From Spirochaetia bacterium (lineage in GTDB: Bacteria; Spirochaetota; Spirochaetia; UBA9216), in NCBI GenBank assembly GCA_965140585.1, contig OZ223267.1, positions 416,001 through 480,000 on the forward strand: 64,000 bases of DNA. Reading direction: 5' to 3'. Below the pieces are notes generated by a model. That model had not been told where the DNA came from, searched no databases, and saw nothing but the letters and a program-made list of their open reading frames with translations. This document shows, one piece after another, positions 39,419 to 49,954 of this stretch (position 1 is the stretch's first letter; each line of letters begins with the position of its first letter). A program made the position numbers and the translations under genes.

Positions 39419-41440
39419 ATGGGGTTGAAACTTAAAACAAAATTTATTGAAAACTTCGGTCCTAATGATGATCCCGTAAAATAGAAAAAGCGGATTGCAT
39501 TGTTCAGGTTTCTGGCTTTAATTACAGTCTTTGCCGCCCTAAATTACATAATCTGGCGTTATTTTAAAAGCCTCAATATAAATGCGCTCTGGTTTGCAAT
39601 TCCAGTTGTGATTGCTGAAACTTACGGTATCATCGAAAGCTTTCTTTTTATTTATATGGTCTGGAAGCCAATGAAGAGAACTTCTCCGAAGCCTCCAGAA
39701 AAAGCTGATGTAGATGTATTTATTGTTACCCTTAATGAACCGCCTGAGCTTGTCCGGATTACTGTCGCTGCAGCCTCGCGGATAAACTGGAAGGATAAAA
39801 GTATTCATATTCTTGATGACGGCAACAGGGTTGAAATGAAGTACCTTGCTGAGGAATTTAAATGCGGCTATATTACACGCGGAATCGAATGGGCACATAA
39901 ACCCAGACATGCAAAAGCCGGGAATATAAACAACGCGATGCTTCAGACCTCAGGAGAATTTATTCTGGTTCTGGATGCTGATCAGATTCCGGAAGCGTCG
40001 ATCATAGAAAAAATAATAGGATATTTTGAGGACCCTGAAGTTGCCTTTGTTCAGACTCCGCAGCATTTTTATAATATACCTCCGGGGGATCCATTCGGAA
40101 ACGATGCTCCGCTGTTTTACGGCCCTATACAGGAGGGGAAGGATGGACACAACGCCTCCTACTTCTGCGGGTCAAATGGAATGCTCAGACGTGAGGCCCT
40201 GGTTCAGCTGGGCATTGTCAATTTTGTCGAAGAGATGGAAGCTCAGATAAGGCACGGTATCAAGGCGCTTAAAAAGGAAGCAGGAAGACTGCAGACTGCT
40301 GAACCGGATATAACCCGTCAGGCAAAGCATATCCTTAATATCGGACTGAAAAAAGCAGAAAGGCTTCTGAAGCAGAATGAATCGCTTGAAATAGTCAGCG
40401 ATCAGATTAGGGCGACAATACATAAGGTTGAACATCTTGTAGCAATAGACAGCTTCGATGAAATAGCAGACATGCTAAAGAATCTTGCTGTTAACGGTGA
40501 TATGAATGCTGCTGAGGCATATAACCATATTATTAAGGATGGGGATTCAATTGCTGAACAGACCGGCTCAGCTAAAACAGGGACTTCAATAGGGATTAAT
40601 TCAGATGTATTTGAAAATATAAACCTTACACGTTCGGATGAAGCAATCCCGGTACAGTCAATGTCCACGATAAGTATTACCGAGGATATGGCTACATCCA
40701 TGCGTCTTCATGCAGCTGGGTGGAAAAGCATATATCATTCAGAAATTCTTGCATACGGACTGGCTCCTGAGGATCTTTCCAGTGCCCTGAAGCAGCGGCT
40801 GAGATGGGCTCAGGGAACAATTCAGGTATTTCTAAGATCAAATCCCTTCCTGCTGAAAGGTCTAACTGTTTCCCAGCGACTAATGTATTTTGCTACAATA
40901 AATTCATACTTTAACGGTATCTTCAATCTGCTACTGATAATTTCACCAATCCTTTATCTGTTTACCGGTATTGCCCCGGTCTCTGTCTGGTCCTGGGGCT
41001 TCCTCTTTAGACTTCTTCCATTTTTTATACTAAACAAGATCACATTCCGCTATCTGTCGTGGGGAATCTCGGTATGGAGAGGAGAGCAGTATAATCTTGC
41101 ACTGTTCCCACTGTTTATAAAGGCAACCTTTACAGCCCTGTTTAAAAAAGAATTACCCTTTGTTGTTACATCCAAAGACAGAAAACAGCGAGATAAATCG
41201 AAATTTAAGCTGTTCTGGCCCCAGCTGACGATAATTATATTAACTACAGCGGCAATAATTTATGGTTTTATTAGCTATTTTGTGCTTGGCTCCGAATTAA
41301 CTTTTTTCGGATTATTTATTAATACATTCTGGGGTCTTTATAATGCTATAATGCTTTCAGTAATAATCAGGGCGGCGTTTTACAAATTACCGGAAGGATG
41401 GTTCCCCCGGCCGCCGGAATCAATATTTCAACGCGGATAA
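39419..41440 (+). CDS. Cellulose-synthase-like processive GT2 without PilZ; in-frame TAG at 39482 (open frame 39500..41440)
   Basis: DDG, HAKAGN, DAD, QTPQ, FCGS, TED, QRLRW and FVVTSK motifs plus C-terminal TM helices. An upstream ATG at 39419 with an RBS is in frame. Confidence 0.85.
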
Positions 41441-41463
41441 ACTGAAATAGGAGTGAATGCAAA

Positions 41464-41802
41464 ATGGATTTTGAAATTGAAGTACACGAATTCGACAATG
41501 AGAATATAAAAATTACTTTAATCGGACGACTTAATGCTTTAAGTGCTCCTGAACTTAAACGGACCACTGCTAATCTGATTGAAAAAGGCTTTAAGAAAAT
41601 TATTGTAGATTTATCATCCCTCCTGTTTATGGACAGCTCCGGAATGGCTGCGCTGGTTTCAGGCTTAAAGGCAACAAGGGAAGTTGATGGTTTTTTCAGA
41701 CTTTTCGGCGGACAGAAACAGGTAATCTCTGTTCTGAGACTCACAAAACTTGATCGTGTTTTCGAAATTTATCAGGATGAGGATTCAGCCCGTAAAATCT
41801 AA
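41464..41802 (+). CDS. STAS anti-sigma factor antagonist (RsbV/SpoIIAA-like)
   Basis: GRLNA, FMDSSG phospho-Ser motif and LTKLDRVF. Confidence 0.92.
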   Translation: MDFEIEVHEFDNENIKITLIGRLNALSAPELKRTTANLIEKGFKKIIVDLSSLLFMDSSGMAALVSGLKATREVDGFFRLFGGQKQVISVLRLTKLDRVFEIYQDEDSARKI

Positions 41803-42236
41803 TAAGGTAAAATCCTTTGTTTACAGCAGTCATCTCCATTAAGGATAGTTTTCTCCAGAACCACCTGTACCTGTTTCCCGAGTAAGTATTCAAAGACTGC
41901 TTTTGTTTTTCCTATTGTACAGTTACAGAAATCCGGATCCACTATTGTACCGTTATTTACCAGAGGGCAGACGCAGGAAGGGGATTCAAGGACAATTGTT
42001 TTTCCTTCTTTGGATAATCTCTGATTATCTTTTAATTGAGGTTGTACCATATCTACCAGGTGATCAATATCCGCAAAATTGGGCAAATCTCCGGTTAAAG
42101 CCCTGGCTAATTCCTTTGAATATTGAGATTTCGCACAAGACTTGCCACATGTTTCCAGGAGTTTCTTGTGATCATCTCCATGCATTAGTTTTTTTACTCT
42201 GTGTATACTATGAATCTTCTCGTACAAAGTATTCAT
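41799..42236 (-). CDS. Cys-rich V4R/DUF6144-like small protein
   Basis: CGKSCA, CVCPL, FCNCT and TILNGDDCC. Confidence 0.65.
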   Translation of the reverse strand: MNTLYEKIHSIHRVKKLMHGDDHKKLLETCGKSCAKSQYSKELARALTGDLPNFADIDHLVDMVQPQLKDNQRLSKEGKTIVLESPSCVCPLVNNGTIVDPDFCNCTIGKTKAVFEYLLGKQVQVVLEKTILNGDDCCKQRILPY

Positions 42237-42691
42237 TACAACTCCTTTCCATACTCACCATAATTCAGCTGCATAAATATTTATCAATGATGAAGTCTGA
42301 GATAGTTAAAATGTAAACTCTTTAGAATGGCTATCTTTTTAAATAGATTTAGTAAATCAATTGAATATAAACCTGATGTGAGGTGAGTACAAGGAAAATT
42401 ACACAAATTTGTGTAAAATCGTATAAAATTATTAGAGCTTCAAGTAATAAAGTCATACTTTTGTATATAAATTCTTGTTTTTTTTACTGAAGTAATACGC
42501 AGTTTTATATAAATTAGTGAAAAATGAGTATTTTTGAAATCTCAGCTTGTTTTTGGGAAATCTTTTAATTTTTAAGCCCTACACAGTATAAATATTTTTT
42601 ATGATTAGCAGCAATTATAAGGTAGATACATTCGCCTTCAAGTGTTGCATTTTATAGTGTTAGAAAATCATAATACCTCTGTTAACATCGA

Positions 42692-43478
42692 TTAACGAAC
42701 TGGAATTACTCGTATTGATTTTCCCTTTGGGATCCAGAAATCACCATCTTTATTGACTGTTTGAATTACCTTTATTCCATTATATTGCCAGTTAACAGCC
42801 TCCCAAACTAGAGCACGAGCTTCAGAGGTTCGTAATCCTGTAGAATACAATAAAGCCAAGAAAACCCCAAGATTATAGCCCTTTCCCCAAAGCTCCTTGA
42901 ATTCCTCAATGTTTTCCGGAAAAATTTTTAAAGCCATATCATCAGATAAAATTTCTTTCTCTGATTCATTTCGCGCAACAGGTGGTTCAATATCAGAGGA
43001 ACTGAAAGATATAAGATTTTCCCTTCTTAAATCGAATAATATGATTTTAAAAGTATTGTATATATGTCGTTTCCAATGATTAGAATAATCAAGATTAAAA
43101 ATCCAGTTCTCAATTGCCACAGGAGACAATTCAGAGAATCTATGATTGCTGAACTGTGGAAGAATATGAGTTTCTAACCTTGCTCGATGTTGTTCCCTGG
43201 TAAAACTAATAATCTTTTTTCCACTTCCTATTTTACGCGTCCACCAGGGACTGTCGTCATCCTTAAAATATTGTTCGGCATAATCGCCGAAAGTTGTATA
43301 TTGTCGAACTGAAGGGGATAGTGCGAGAAGTTTTTTACAGTATTGTTCTGCTTTTCTTCTAATGGTCTTTGGGTTTTCTATTGGGCCTAATAGAATGAAA
43401 AGACTTTTCATCTCTTAATTTATAATACAAGAATCCACTTTGCTGTTTTAACCGATATGGTTCTACTTTTCTTCCCAT
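42692..43478 (-). pseudogene. Tyrosine recombinase/integrase remnant
   Basis: HILPQF core-binding region and box I LLYSTGLRTSEARAL; stops before HxxR/Y. A probable N-terminus (MGRKVEPYRLK...YYKL, ATG 43478) lies in another frame. Confidence 0.8.
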
Positions 43479-43623
43479 AACTAAACTCTAAAATATGTAT
43501 TAAAAAAGATAAAAGGCAGGATAAATGGCACATTTAGGTAATTTTTAGGAAGGAGCATATAGTCTGATTTAATGTTTTTTATGTAATTCATTGTATTGTA
43601 AGGAATAGTTCTTCATAAAATCA

Positions 43624-43695
43624 AGCCAACGGTGGGAATTGAACCCACGACCTACGCTTTACGAGAGCGTTGCTCTACCCCTGAGCTACGTTGGC
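43624..43695 (-). tRNA. tRNA-Thr (anticodon CGT), CCA not encoded
   Basis: GCCAACG/CGTTGGC acceptor stem, TAGCTCAG D-arm, ACGCT-CTCGTAA-AGCGT anticodon arm and GGTTCAATTCC T-arm. Confidence 0.96.
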
Positions 43696-43870
43696 AGGAT
43701 TTACTGAAAACAAATAGTACTTAAAAAATCCCCTTCTTGCAAGCAGAATCTTCGTCATTGCATATCCTAAGTATATTGCCCGCGGTTGATTAAAATTTGA
43801 CTTTTTGAAATAACCATGATAAATATTTAACAAATAATGGTAAAATATTACTAAATACATGGAGGCCAGG

Positions 43871-45130
43871 ATGACATCACGTGAAAGGGTACTTGCTTCA
43901 ATTGACCATAAAACACCGGATCAGGTTCCGGTTGATTTAGGCGCTACCCCGAGCTCAGGTATTTCGGTTAAAGCCTACAGCAACTTTACTTCCTATATGG
44001 GATTTGACAGCAGTCCAAAGGTTTATGATGTGGTTCAGCAGCTTGTGCTTCCCGAATCCCCTGTAATAGATTTTGCCGGTGTTGATGTTCTTGATATTGC
44101 GCAGGCATATGTAAATGATGCGGATGCTCCGGAATCAGACTGGACACCTGTACCAGGCAATGAAACAACCTTTTATCCATCATGGTTTAAGCCGGTGCAG
44201 AATACTTCCGGCGGCTGGGATGCCTTTCATGAAGACGGCACCAGAATAGCCTCGATGCCTGCCGGGGCTTCATTCTATGACCAGACCTGCTTTCCATGGG
44301 AATCAGGATATCCCGATTCCCGGACTGCCATGAGTGACGCGCTTGATGAAGCCATGGACAAGGTCCTGTGGCAGAAACTGGTGCATTCACCCTGGGACAG
44401 AACCGCAGCTCCGGATTTCTGGGAAGACCTGAGAAATAAAAGTATAAAGCTTCAGAAAGAAAGCGGGAAGGCTCTGATGATAGTCTGCGGCTGCAACCTA
44501 TTTGAATGGGGTACATTCCTCCGCCGTATGGACAACTTTTTAATGGATATCTATCTTGAAAAGGATAATGTGATAATCCTCATGGAACTGCTTATGGAAA
44601 AGCATATGGCCACACTTGAAAAGGTATGCAGTGCTGTAGGCGACACAATCGATATTCTTCGCTTCGGTGATGATCTAGGAATGGATACCGGCCCTTTTAT
44701 GGGAATTGATGCCTATCGCGAGCTTTTTCATCATCACCGTAAAAACCTCTGTTCCTATGTGCATAATAACAGCAGCATGCATACTTTTCTTCATTCATGC
44801 GGCTCCATCTACCAGTATCTGCCTGATCTCATCGATTCAGGAATAGAGATTATAAATCCTGTACAGACTAACTGCCGGGATATGGATCCGGTACGCTTAA
44901 AAGCCGAGTTCGGCGATGATATAGTCTTCTGGGGGGCCGGAGCAGATACACGTGAGATCCTTAACAGCGGGACACCGCAGCAGGTCAGAGCTGATGTACT
45001 TAACCGTATGGAAATATTTTCAAAAAATGGAGGTTTTGTTTTTAACACAATCCATAATATACTGGGAGATGTACCTCCGCAGAATATTGAAGCAATGTTT
45101 AATGCGGTAAAAGAATTTAATTTAAAATGA
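43871..45130 (+). CDS. Uroporphyrinogen decarboxylase-like / MtaA-CmuA family protein
   Basis: MTSRERV, PDQVPVD, GDDLG, HSCGS, NPVQ and HNILGDVPPQN. GGAGG RBS. Confidence 0.85.
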   Translation: MTSRERVLASIDHKTPDQVPVDLGATPSSGISVKAYSNFTSYMGFDSSPKVYDVVQQLVLPESPVIDFAGVDVLDIAQAYVNDADAPESDWTPVPGNETTFYPSWFKPVQNTSGGWDAFHEDGTRIASMPAGASFYDQTCFPWESGYPDSRTAMSDALDEAMDKVLWQKLVHSPWDRTAAPDFWEDLRNKSIKLQKESGKALMIVCGCNLFEWGTFLRRMDNFLMDIYLEKDNVIILMELLMEKHMATLEKVCSAVGDTIDILRFGDDLGMDTGPFMGIDAYRELFHHHRKNLCSYVHNNSSMHTFLHSCGSIYQYLPDLIDSGIEIINPVQTNCRDMDPVRLKAEFGDDIVFWGAGADTREILNSGTPQQVRADVLNRMEIFSKNGGFVFNTIHNILGDVPPQNIEAMFNAVKEFNLK

Positions 45131-45138
45131 GGTCTCCT

Positions 45139-45564
45139 ATGATTAAAAAAATCCTTATAGCTGTTAATGATAATGAAACCAGTACTGAGATTCTTGATAC
45201 CGGCTTTTCTCTTGCCGAACAGCTCGGAGCAGAAGTCGGTATTGTTGATGTCGCAAGGCTTTCATTCGGATATATAGATGCGGGAATATATGCAAGGCAG
45301 ATAGAAGAGGTAAACCTCAACATAGCAAAACATACAGTTAAATCAATAAAAGAGAACTATCCGGGGAAGATTGCAGCTGATTTTGAACCGGTGGGTGACC
45401 CGGTTAGTGAGATAAGAAAAATCTTAGATGAATGGAGTGCCGATCTGATTATAATAGGTCATCATCAGCGTTCTGTTTTTCGAAAGATTGCTGATACAAG
45501 TCAGGAAAGAAGACTTGTTAACCAGATTGATGTTCCGGTAATGGTAGTTCCATGCTGTAATTAA
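45139..45564 (+). CDS. Universal stress protein (copy 1)
   Basis: KKILIAV, GDP, ADLIIIG and VPVMVVP. Confidence 0.88.
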   Translation: MIKKILIAVNDNETSTEILDTGFSLAEQLGAEVGIVDVARLSFGYIDAGIYARQIEEVNLNIAKHTVKSIKENYPGKIAADFEPVGDPVSEIRKILDEWSADLIIIGHHQRSVFRKIADTSQERRLVNQIDVPVMVVPCCN

Positions 45565-46354
45565 TCCGGTATTCCCTCGGCGGAATGCCTTTGGACTGCT
45601 TGAAACTCTTGCTGAAGTGAAATTCGCTGTAAAAGCAGAGCCTTTCTGAAATCTCATAAATCGGCATTCCTGTACTTATCAGCATTGAAGATGCTGCTTC
45701 TATTTTCAAATGATTCAGATACTTCATCGGCGTTGTATTCATCTTTCTGCTGAAAAGCCTGATAAGGTATGATTTATTAAGTTTCAATCTGTCAGCAAGC
45801 TCATCCAGACTTAGCCTGCTGAAGACATTGTTCTGCATAATCTTCAGTGCTTTCTCAATATGGGCGTTTGAACTGTCGCTGTAATGAAAAGACCCGGGCC
45901 CCTCCGTCATCATATATAAAAAGGATATAAACTGATGAATCCCCGAGTTCATTCGTGAGCGGTTATTTGACAGAAATTTGTCCTTCAGCTCCTCAAAGAA
46001 AAACCTGTAATTTGTACCGATATTGTAGTATTTCTTTCTGCTCATGAGTTCAGTCATCAGGTTTGTGATCTCTTCATCATTGTTGTCGGTTTTAAAAAGA
46101 ATTGCATAATAGGTTACCGGATTGGTTTTTGAAGCTGGAACAATAGTGTGAGTATCTCCAGGTGATGAGAAAAACAGCGAACCCTGACTTAACGACCATG
46201 TAACCCCGGCATTCTTAAAGCTGCCTGCACCCTGAATGAAGTAATGTAGTTCATATTCAGTATCGCTGTGCCTGTGTGTCCTGCTGTGCCAGCGCAGCTG
46301 ATCCTCATCCTGAAGTAGATATACAAATACAGCATCTGAAATTGATATCTGCAT
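45518..46354 (-). CDS. AraC family regulator (cupin plus HTH), probable xylose regulator
   Basis: HRH..YEL cupin, C-terminal YLIRLF...FSKSFKQSKGIPPREYR; divergent from xylB. Confidence 0.9.
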   Translation of the reverse strand: MQISISDAVFVYLLQDEDQLRWHSRTHRHSDTEYELHYFIQGAGSFKNAGVTWSLSQGSLFFSSPGDTHTIVPASKTNPVTYYAILFKTDNNDEEITNLMTELMSRKKYYNIGTNYRFFFEELKDKFLSNNRSRMNSGIHQFISFLYMMTEGPGSFHYSDSSNAHIEKALKIMQNNVFSRLSLDELADRLKLNKSYLIRLFSRKMNTTPMKYLNHLKIEAASSMLISTGMPIYEISERLCFYSEFHFSKSFKQSKGIPPREYRINYSMELPLPEHQSG

Positions 46355-46474
46355 ATACAGAAAATAACATTTCAAAAAGTTAATGTCAATTTTATATATG
46401 AAACCTCAATCCTTTCCATATTAAAAGACAGCAACCGAATATAAACTTTATATAGATTAAATACAGGAGGTCTT

Positions 46475-47965
46475 ATGGAAACAGTACTGGGTATTGATAT
46501 GGGTACGCAGAGTATTAAATTCCTCGTATATGACTATAAGCAGAAAAAGACAGTTGCAGTTACGCAGCAGAAACTTGATATTATTTCAGATTCAGACGGT
46601 ACAAGTGAACAGAAGGCAGAATGGTGGATAGAAGCTGCTGTGAAATGTGCACAGGGAATATCTCCGGATATCCTGAAATCGGTAAAGGCTGTCGGAGTCT
46701 CGGGACAGCAGCATGGTTTTGTTCCGCTTGATTCTGAAGGAAAGAATGTTTATAACGTAAAACTCTGGAATGATGTATCAACAGCCGCAGAATGTGATGA
46801 AATAACTGCAGCTTTCGGGGGTGAGGAAAAGCTTATTTCCGATGCGGGGAATAAGATACTTCCCGGATACACTGCACCAAAGGTCCTCTGGCTTAAAAAA
46901 AACAGGCCGGATGCATACAAAAAGCTCTCGCATATCCTGCTTCCACACGATTACATGAATTACTATTTGACTGGAGAGTATTCAGCCGAATACGGCGATG
47001 CTTCGGGAACGGCTTTTCTGGATGTCAGAAAACGATGCTGGTCTGAAGCTGTGCTTAATGCTCTTGACCCGGACAGGTCTCTGCTTGAATGTCTGCCGGA
47101 GCTTAGAGAAGCCTCAGCTTCTGCCGGAACAGTAACTGCCCGGGCCGCTGCAGCCTTCGGAATTCCGGCTGGAATTCCTGTGTCAACGGGCGGCGGAGAT
47201 AATATGATGGGTGCCGTTGGAACCGGAACCGTCCACGAGGGCGTTATGACGATGAGTCTGGGTACTTCCGGAACAATATACGTTTACGGTGATAGCCCGC
47301 TTATCGATCCGGAAGGTAATCTTGCAGCCTTCTGCTCATCAACCGGCGGATGGCTTCCGCTGCTGTGCACCATGAACTGTACAGTAGCGACAGAAAAGAT
47401 CAGATCGCTTTTTGATATGGAACACGAGGCACTCACCAGGCTTGCCGCTGAGACCGCGCCAGGTTCAAACGGTGTTATAGTCCTTCCGTATTTCAGCGGT
47501 GAACGTACACCGAGTCTTCCCAACGGCCGGGGGGTAATCACAGGCCTGAGCATGAATAACGTAAATCAGTCAAACATTACCCGCGCAGCAATGGAATCCG
47601 CAGTATTCGGGCTGAAGCTCGGGTATGAATCGCTGCAGGCTCTCGGCGTCAGCACACAGGAGGTCCGTCTTATAGGCGGAGGTTCAAAAAACCCGGTGTG
47701 GCGGCAGATAGCTGCTGATGTGCTGAATGCAGAGGTTGTTACTCCTGTAAATGAGGAAGCCGCCGCTTTCGGTGCGGCACTCCAGGCTCTCTGGATGCTG
47801 GAGGCCGGTGGCGCAGGCACGGGTATCAAAGAAATTACAGATGAACATATAAGGCTTGATGAAGAAAATACTGTTATTCCGGAAGCCTCTGCTGTAAAAG
47901 AATATGAATCAGTTTATAGAGAATATAAAAGTTATCTGGAACTGTTAAAACCAAAATTTGAATAA
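46475..47965 (+). CDS. xylB: Xylulokinase
   Basis: LGIDMGT, SGQQHG, LWND, GGGDN, SLGTSG and PYFSGERTP. Confidence 0.93.
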   Translation: METVLGIDMGTQSIKFLVYDYKQKKTVAVTQQKLDIISDSDGTSEQKAEWWIEAAVKCAQGISPDILKSVKAVGVSGQQHGFVPLDSEGKNVYNVKLWNDVSTAAECDEITAAFGGEEKLISDAGNKILPGYTAPKVLWLKKNRPDAYKKLSHILLPHDYMNYYLTGEYSAEYGDASGTAFLDVRKRCWSEAVLNALDPDRSLLECLPELREASASAGTVTARAAAAFGIPAGIPVSTGGGDNMMGAVGTGTVHEGVMTMSLGTSGTIYVYGDSPLIDPEGNLAAFCSSTGGWLPLLCTMNCTVATEKIRSLFDMEHEALTRLAAETAPGSNGVIVLPYFSGERTPSLPNGRGVITGLSMNNVNQSNITRAAMESAVFGLKLGYESLQALGVSTQEVRLIGGGSKNPVWRQIAADVLNAEVVTPVNEEAAAFGAALQALWMLEAGGAGTGIKEITDEHIRLDEENTVIPEASAVKEYESVYREYKSYLELLKPKFE

Positions 47966-47984
47966 TTGCCAGGAGGAAAAGATT

Positions 47985-49322
47985 ATGTCGAATTATTACA
48001 AGGGAAACAAAGAATACTTTGAGGGAATAGGGAAAATTAATTACGAAGGCCCGGCCTCGGATAATCCGCTTGCATTCAAATTCTATGATGAGAATAAAGT
48101 CATAGGAGGCAAGACAATGAAAGAACAGCTTAGGTTTGCAATAGCCTACTGGCATTCTTTCTGCGGTGACGGAGGAGACCCCTTCGGCGGAAGAACTCAC
48201 TTCTTTCCATGGGATACAAAATCTGATCCCGTGGATGCTGCAATGGATAAACTTGATGCAGCTTTTGAATTTTTTACGAAGATAGGTGCACCCTTCTACT
48301 GCTTTCATGACAGGGATCTCGCTCCTGAAGGATCTTCAGTTACAGAGTCTGAAAAGAACCTGCAGACATTGATAGAAGCGGCAAAAGAAAGGCAGGATGC
48401 TACAGGTGTTAAACTGCTCTGGGGAACTGCAAACCTTTTCGGACACCCCCGTTATATGAACGGTGCTTTTACAAACCCGGATTTTAATGTTGTTGCACAT
48501 GCTGCGGCACAGGTTAAAGCTGCTATAGATGCAACAATTTACCTCGGCGGCGACGGTTATGTCTTCTGGGGAGGCCGTGAAGGCTATATGAGCCTGCTTA
48601 ATACCGATATGAAGCGAGAAAAAGACCATCTTCTCAAGGCTCTTACCGCAGCACGTGATTACGGACGGAAAGCCGGATTTAAGGGAATGTTCATGATAGA
48701 ACCAAAACCCATGGAACCTTCAAAACATCAGTATGATTATGATACCGAGACTGTCGTAAGCTTCCTGAAGCAGAACGGCCTCGATAGTGATTTCCGTTTG
48801 AATATAGAAAATAATCATGCAACCCTTGCCGGACATACTTTTTGGCATGATCTGCAGGTTGCTGTAGATGCCGGAATGCTCGGCAGTATTGATGCAAACC
48901 AGGGTGATTATCAGAACGGCTGGGATACTGACCAGTTCCCCACAAGTGTTTATGAAACAACAAGAGCCATGATGGTTGTACTTGAAAACGGAGGTCTTGG
49001 AAAAGGCGGACTCAATTTTGATGCAAAAATCAGAAGAAACTCCACAGATCCTGCTGATCTCTTTATAGCCCACATAGGTGGTATGGATGCCTTTGCTCTC
49101 GGATTGGAAGCTGCATATAAGGTAAAGAATGAAAGCAGCATTCCTTCAATGCTCAAGGACCGCTACAGCTCATTTGACAGCGGAAAGGGTGCTGACTTTG
49201 AGGCTGGAAAACTCGGTCTTGAAGCACTCAGAGACCTTGCTGCAGCCTACGGGGAACCTGAAATGCTCAGCGGCAGACAGGAACTCTACGAAAATATCCT
49301 CAACAGCATGCTGTTCAGATAA
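47985..49322 (+). CDS. xylA: Xylose isomerase (class II)
   Basis: [38 protein letters not shown] and GWDTDQFP. Confidence 0.97.
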   Translation: MSNYYKGNKEYFEGIGKINYEGPASDNPLAFKFYDENKVIGGKTMKEQLRFAIAYWHSFCGDGGDPFGGRTHFFPWDTKSDPVDAAMDKLDAAFEFFTKIGAPFYCFHDRDLAPEGSSVTESEKNLQTLIEAAKERQDATGVKLLWGTANLFGHPRYMNGAFTNPDFNVVAHAAAQVKAAIDATIYLGGDGYVFWGGREGYMSLLNTDMKREKDHLLKALTAARDYGRKAGFKGMFMIEPKPMEPSKHQYDYDTETVVSFLKQNGLDSDFRLNIENNHATLAGHTFWHDLQVAVDAGMLGSIDANQGDYQNGWDTDQFPTSVYETTRAMMVVLENGGLGKGGLNFDAKIRRNSTDPADLFIAHIGGMDAFALGLEAAYKVKNESSIPSMLKDRYSSFDSGKGADFEAGKLGLEALRDLAAAYGEPEMLSGRQELYENILNSMLFR

Positions 49323-49340
49323 GATCCATCATTTTTGCCT

Positions 49341-49382
49341 TTACCGGCGGTATTTATTATATTTGATATATACCGCTGGTAA
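49341..49382 (+). terminator. Inverted repeat after xylA
   Basis: TTACCGGCGGTAT ... ATACCGCTGGTAA. Confidence 0.55.
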
Positions 49383-49432
49383 AACTTGAAACCTGTAGGT
49401 ACGGTAAATTCATTAATTGGTGAGGTGGAATT

Positions 49433-49861
49433 ATGATTACTAAAATTCTAATCGCTGTGAATGATGAAGAAGCTGGGACAGGATACATTCAGGATGCATT
49501 TGAAATCGCCGAAAAATTCGGCGGTGAAATAGCCCTTATTGATGTTGCTCAGCTTGTCATCGAATATTCAGAGGCCGGAAGAATGGTTGCTCCTGTAGAG
49601 AATGTTAATATTGAGATTGCTGAGCACACTGTAAAAGCAATTAAAGAGCTCTTCCCCGGACGTGTTTCAGCAGATTTCGAACCGGAAGGTGATCCGGTAA
49701 CAGAAATACGACGGATTATCAATGAATGGAAGGCCGATATGCTTATTGTAGGCCATCATAAGAAGTCTTTTTTCCAGAAAATGTCTGATACGAGCAGGGA
49801 AAAACGACTTATTAACAACATCGATATTCCGGTGCTTGTTCTGCCCTGTGTAAAACAATAG
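49433..49861 (+). CDS. Universal stress protein (copy 2)
   Basis: Colinear paralog of 45139..45564 (KILIAVND, ADFEP.GDPV.EIR, DTS.E.RL). Confidence 0.88.
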   Translation: MITKILIAVNDEEAGTGYIQDAFEIAEKFGGEIALIDVAQLVIEYSEAGRMVAPVENVNIEIAEHTVKAIKELFPGRVSADFEPEGDPVTEIRRIINEWKADMLIVGHHKKSFFQKMSDTSREKRLINNIDIPVLVLPCVKQ

Positions 49862-49954
49862 CTGTCTGAAAAGATATAAAAATAAAATCAGATTCATCTT
49901 AAGACATTTTTTCGTATTCCGATATTTACTATAGAAGTATTTGCGGAGGAAAAA

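Noticed and set aside
39482-39484. Pyrrolysine or recoded TAG
   Set aside because: No pyl genes are in the window, and TAG is an ordinary stop elsewhere (for example 26855-26857, 50798-50800, 59356-59358).
33250-42690. attL/attR direct repeat delimiting an island
   Set aside because: No copy of the tRNA-Thr 3' end was found by eye, so no island boundary is called.
43675-43860. 61-aa minus-strand ORF overlapping the tRNA
   Set aside because: It spans an AT-rich promoter region and the tRNA 5' half; there is no coding evidence.
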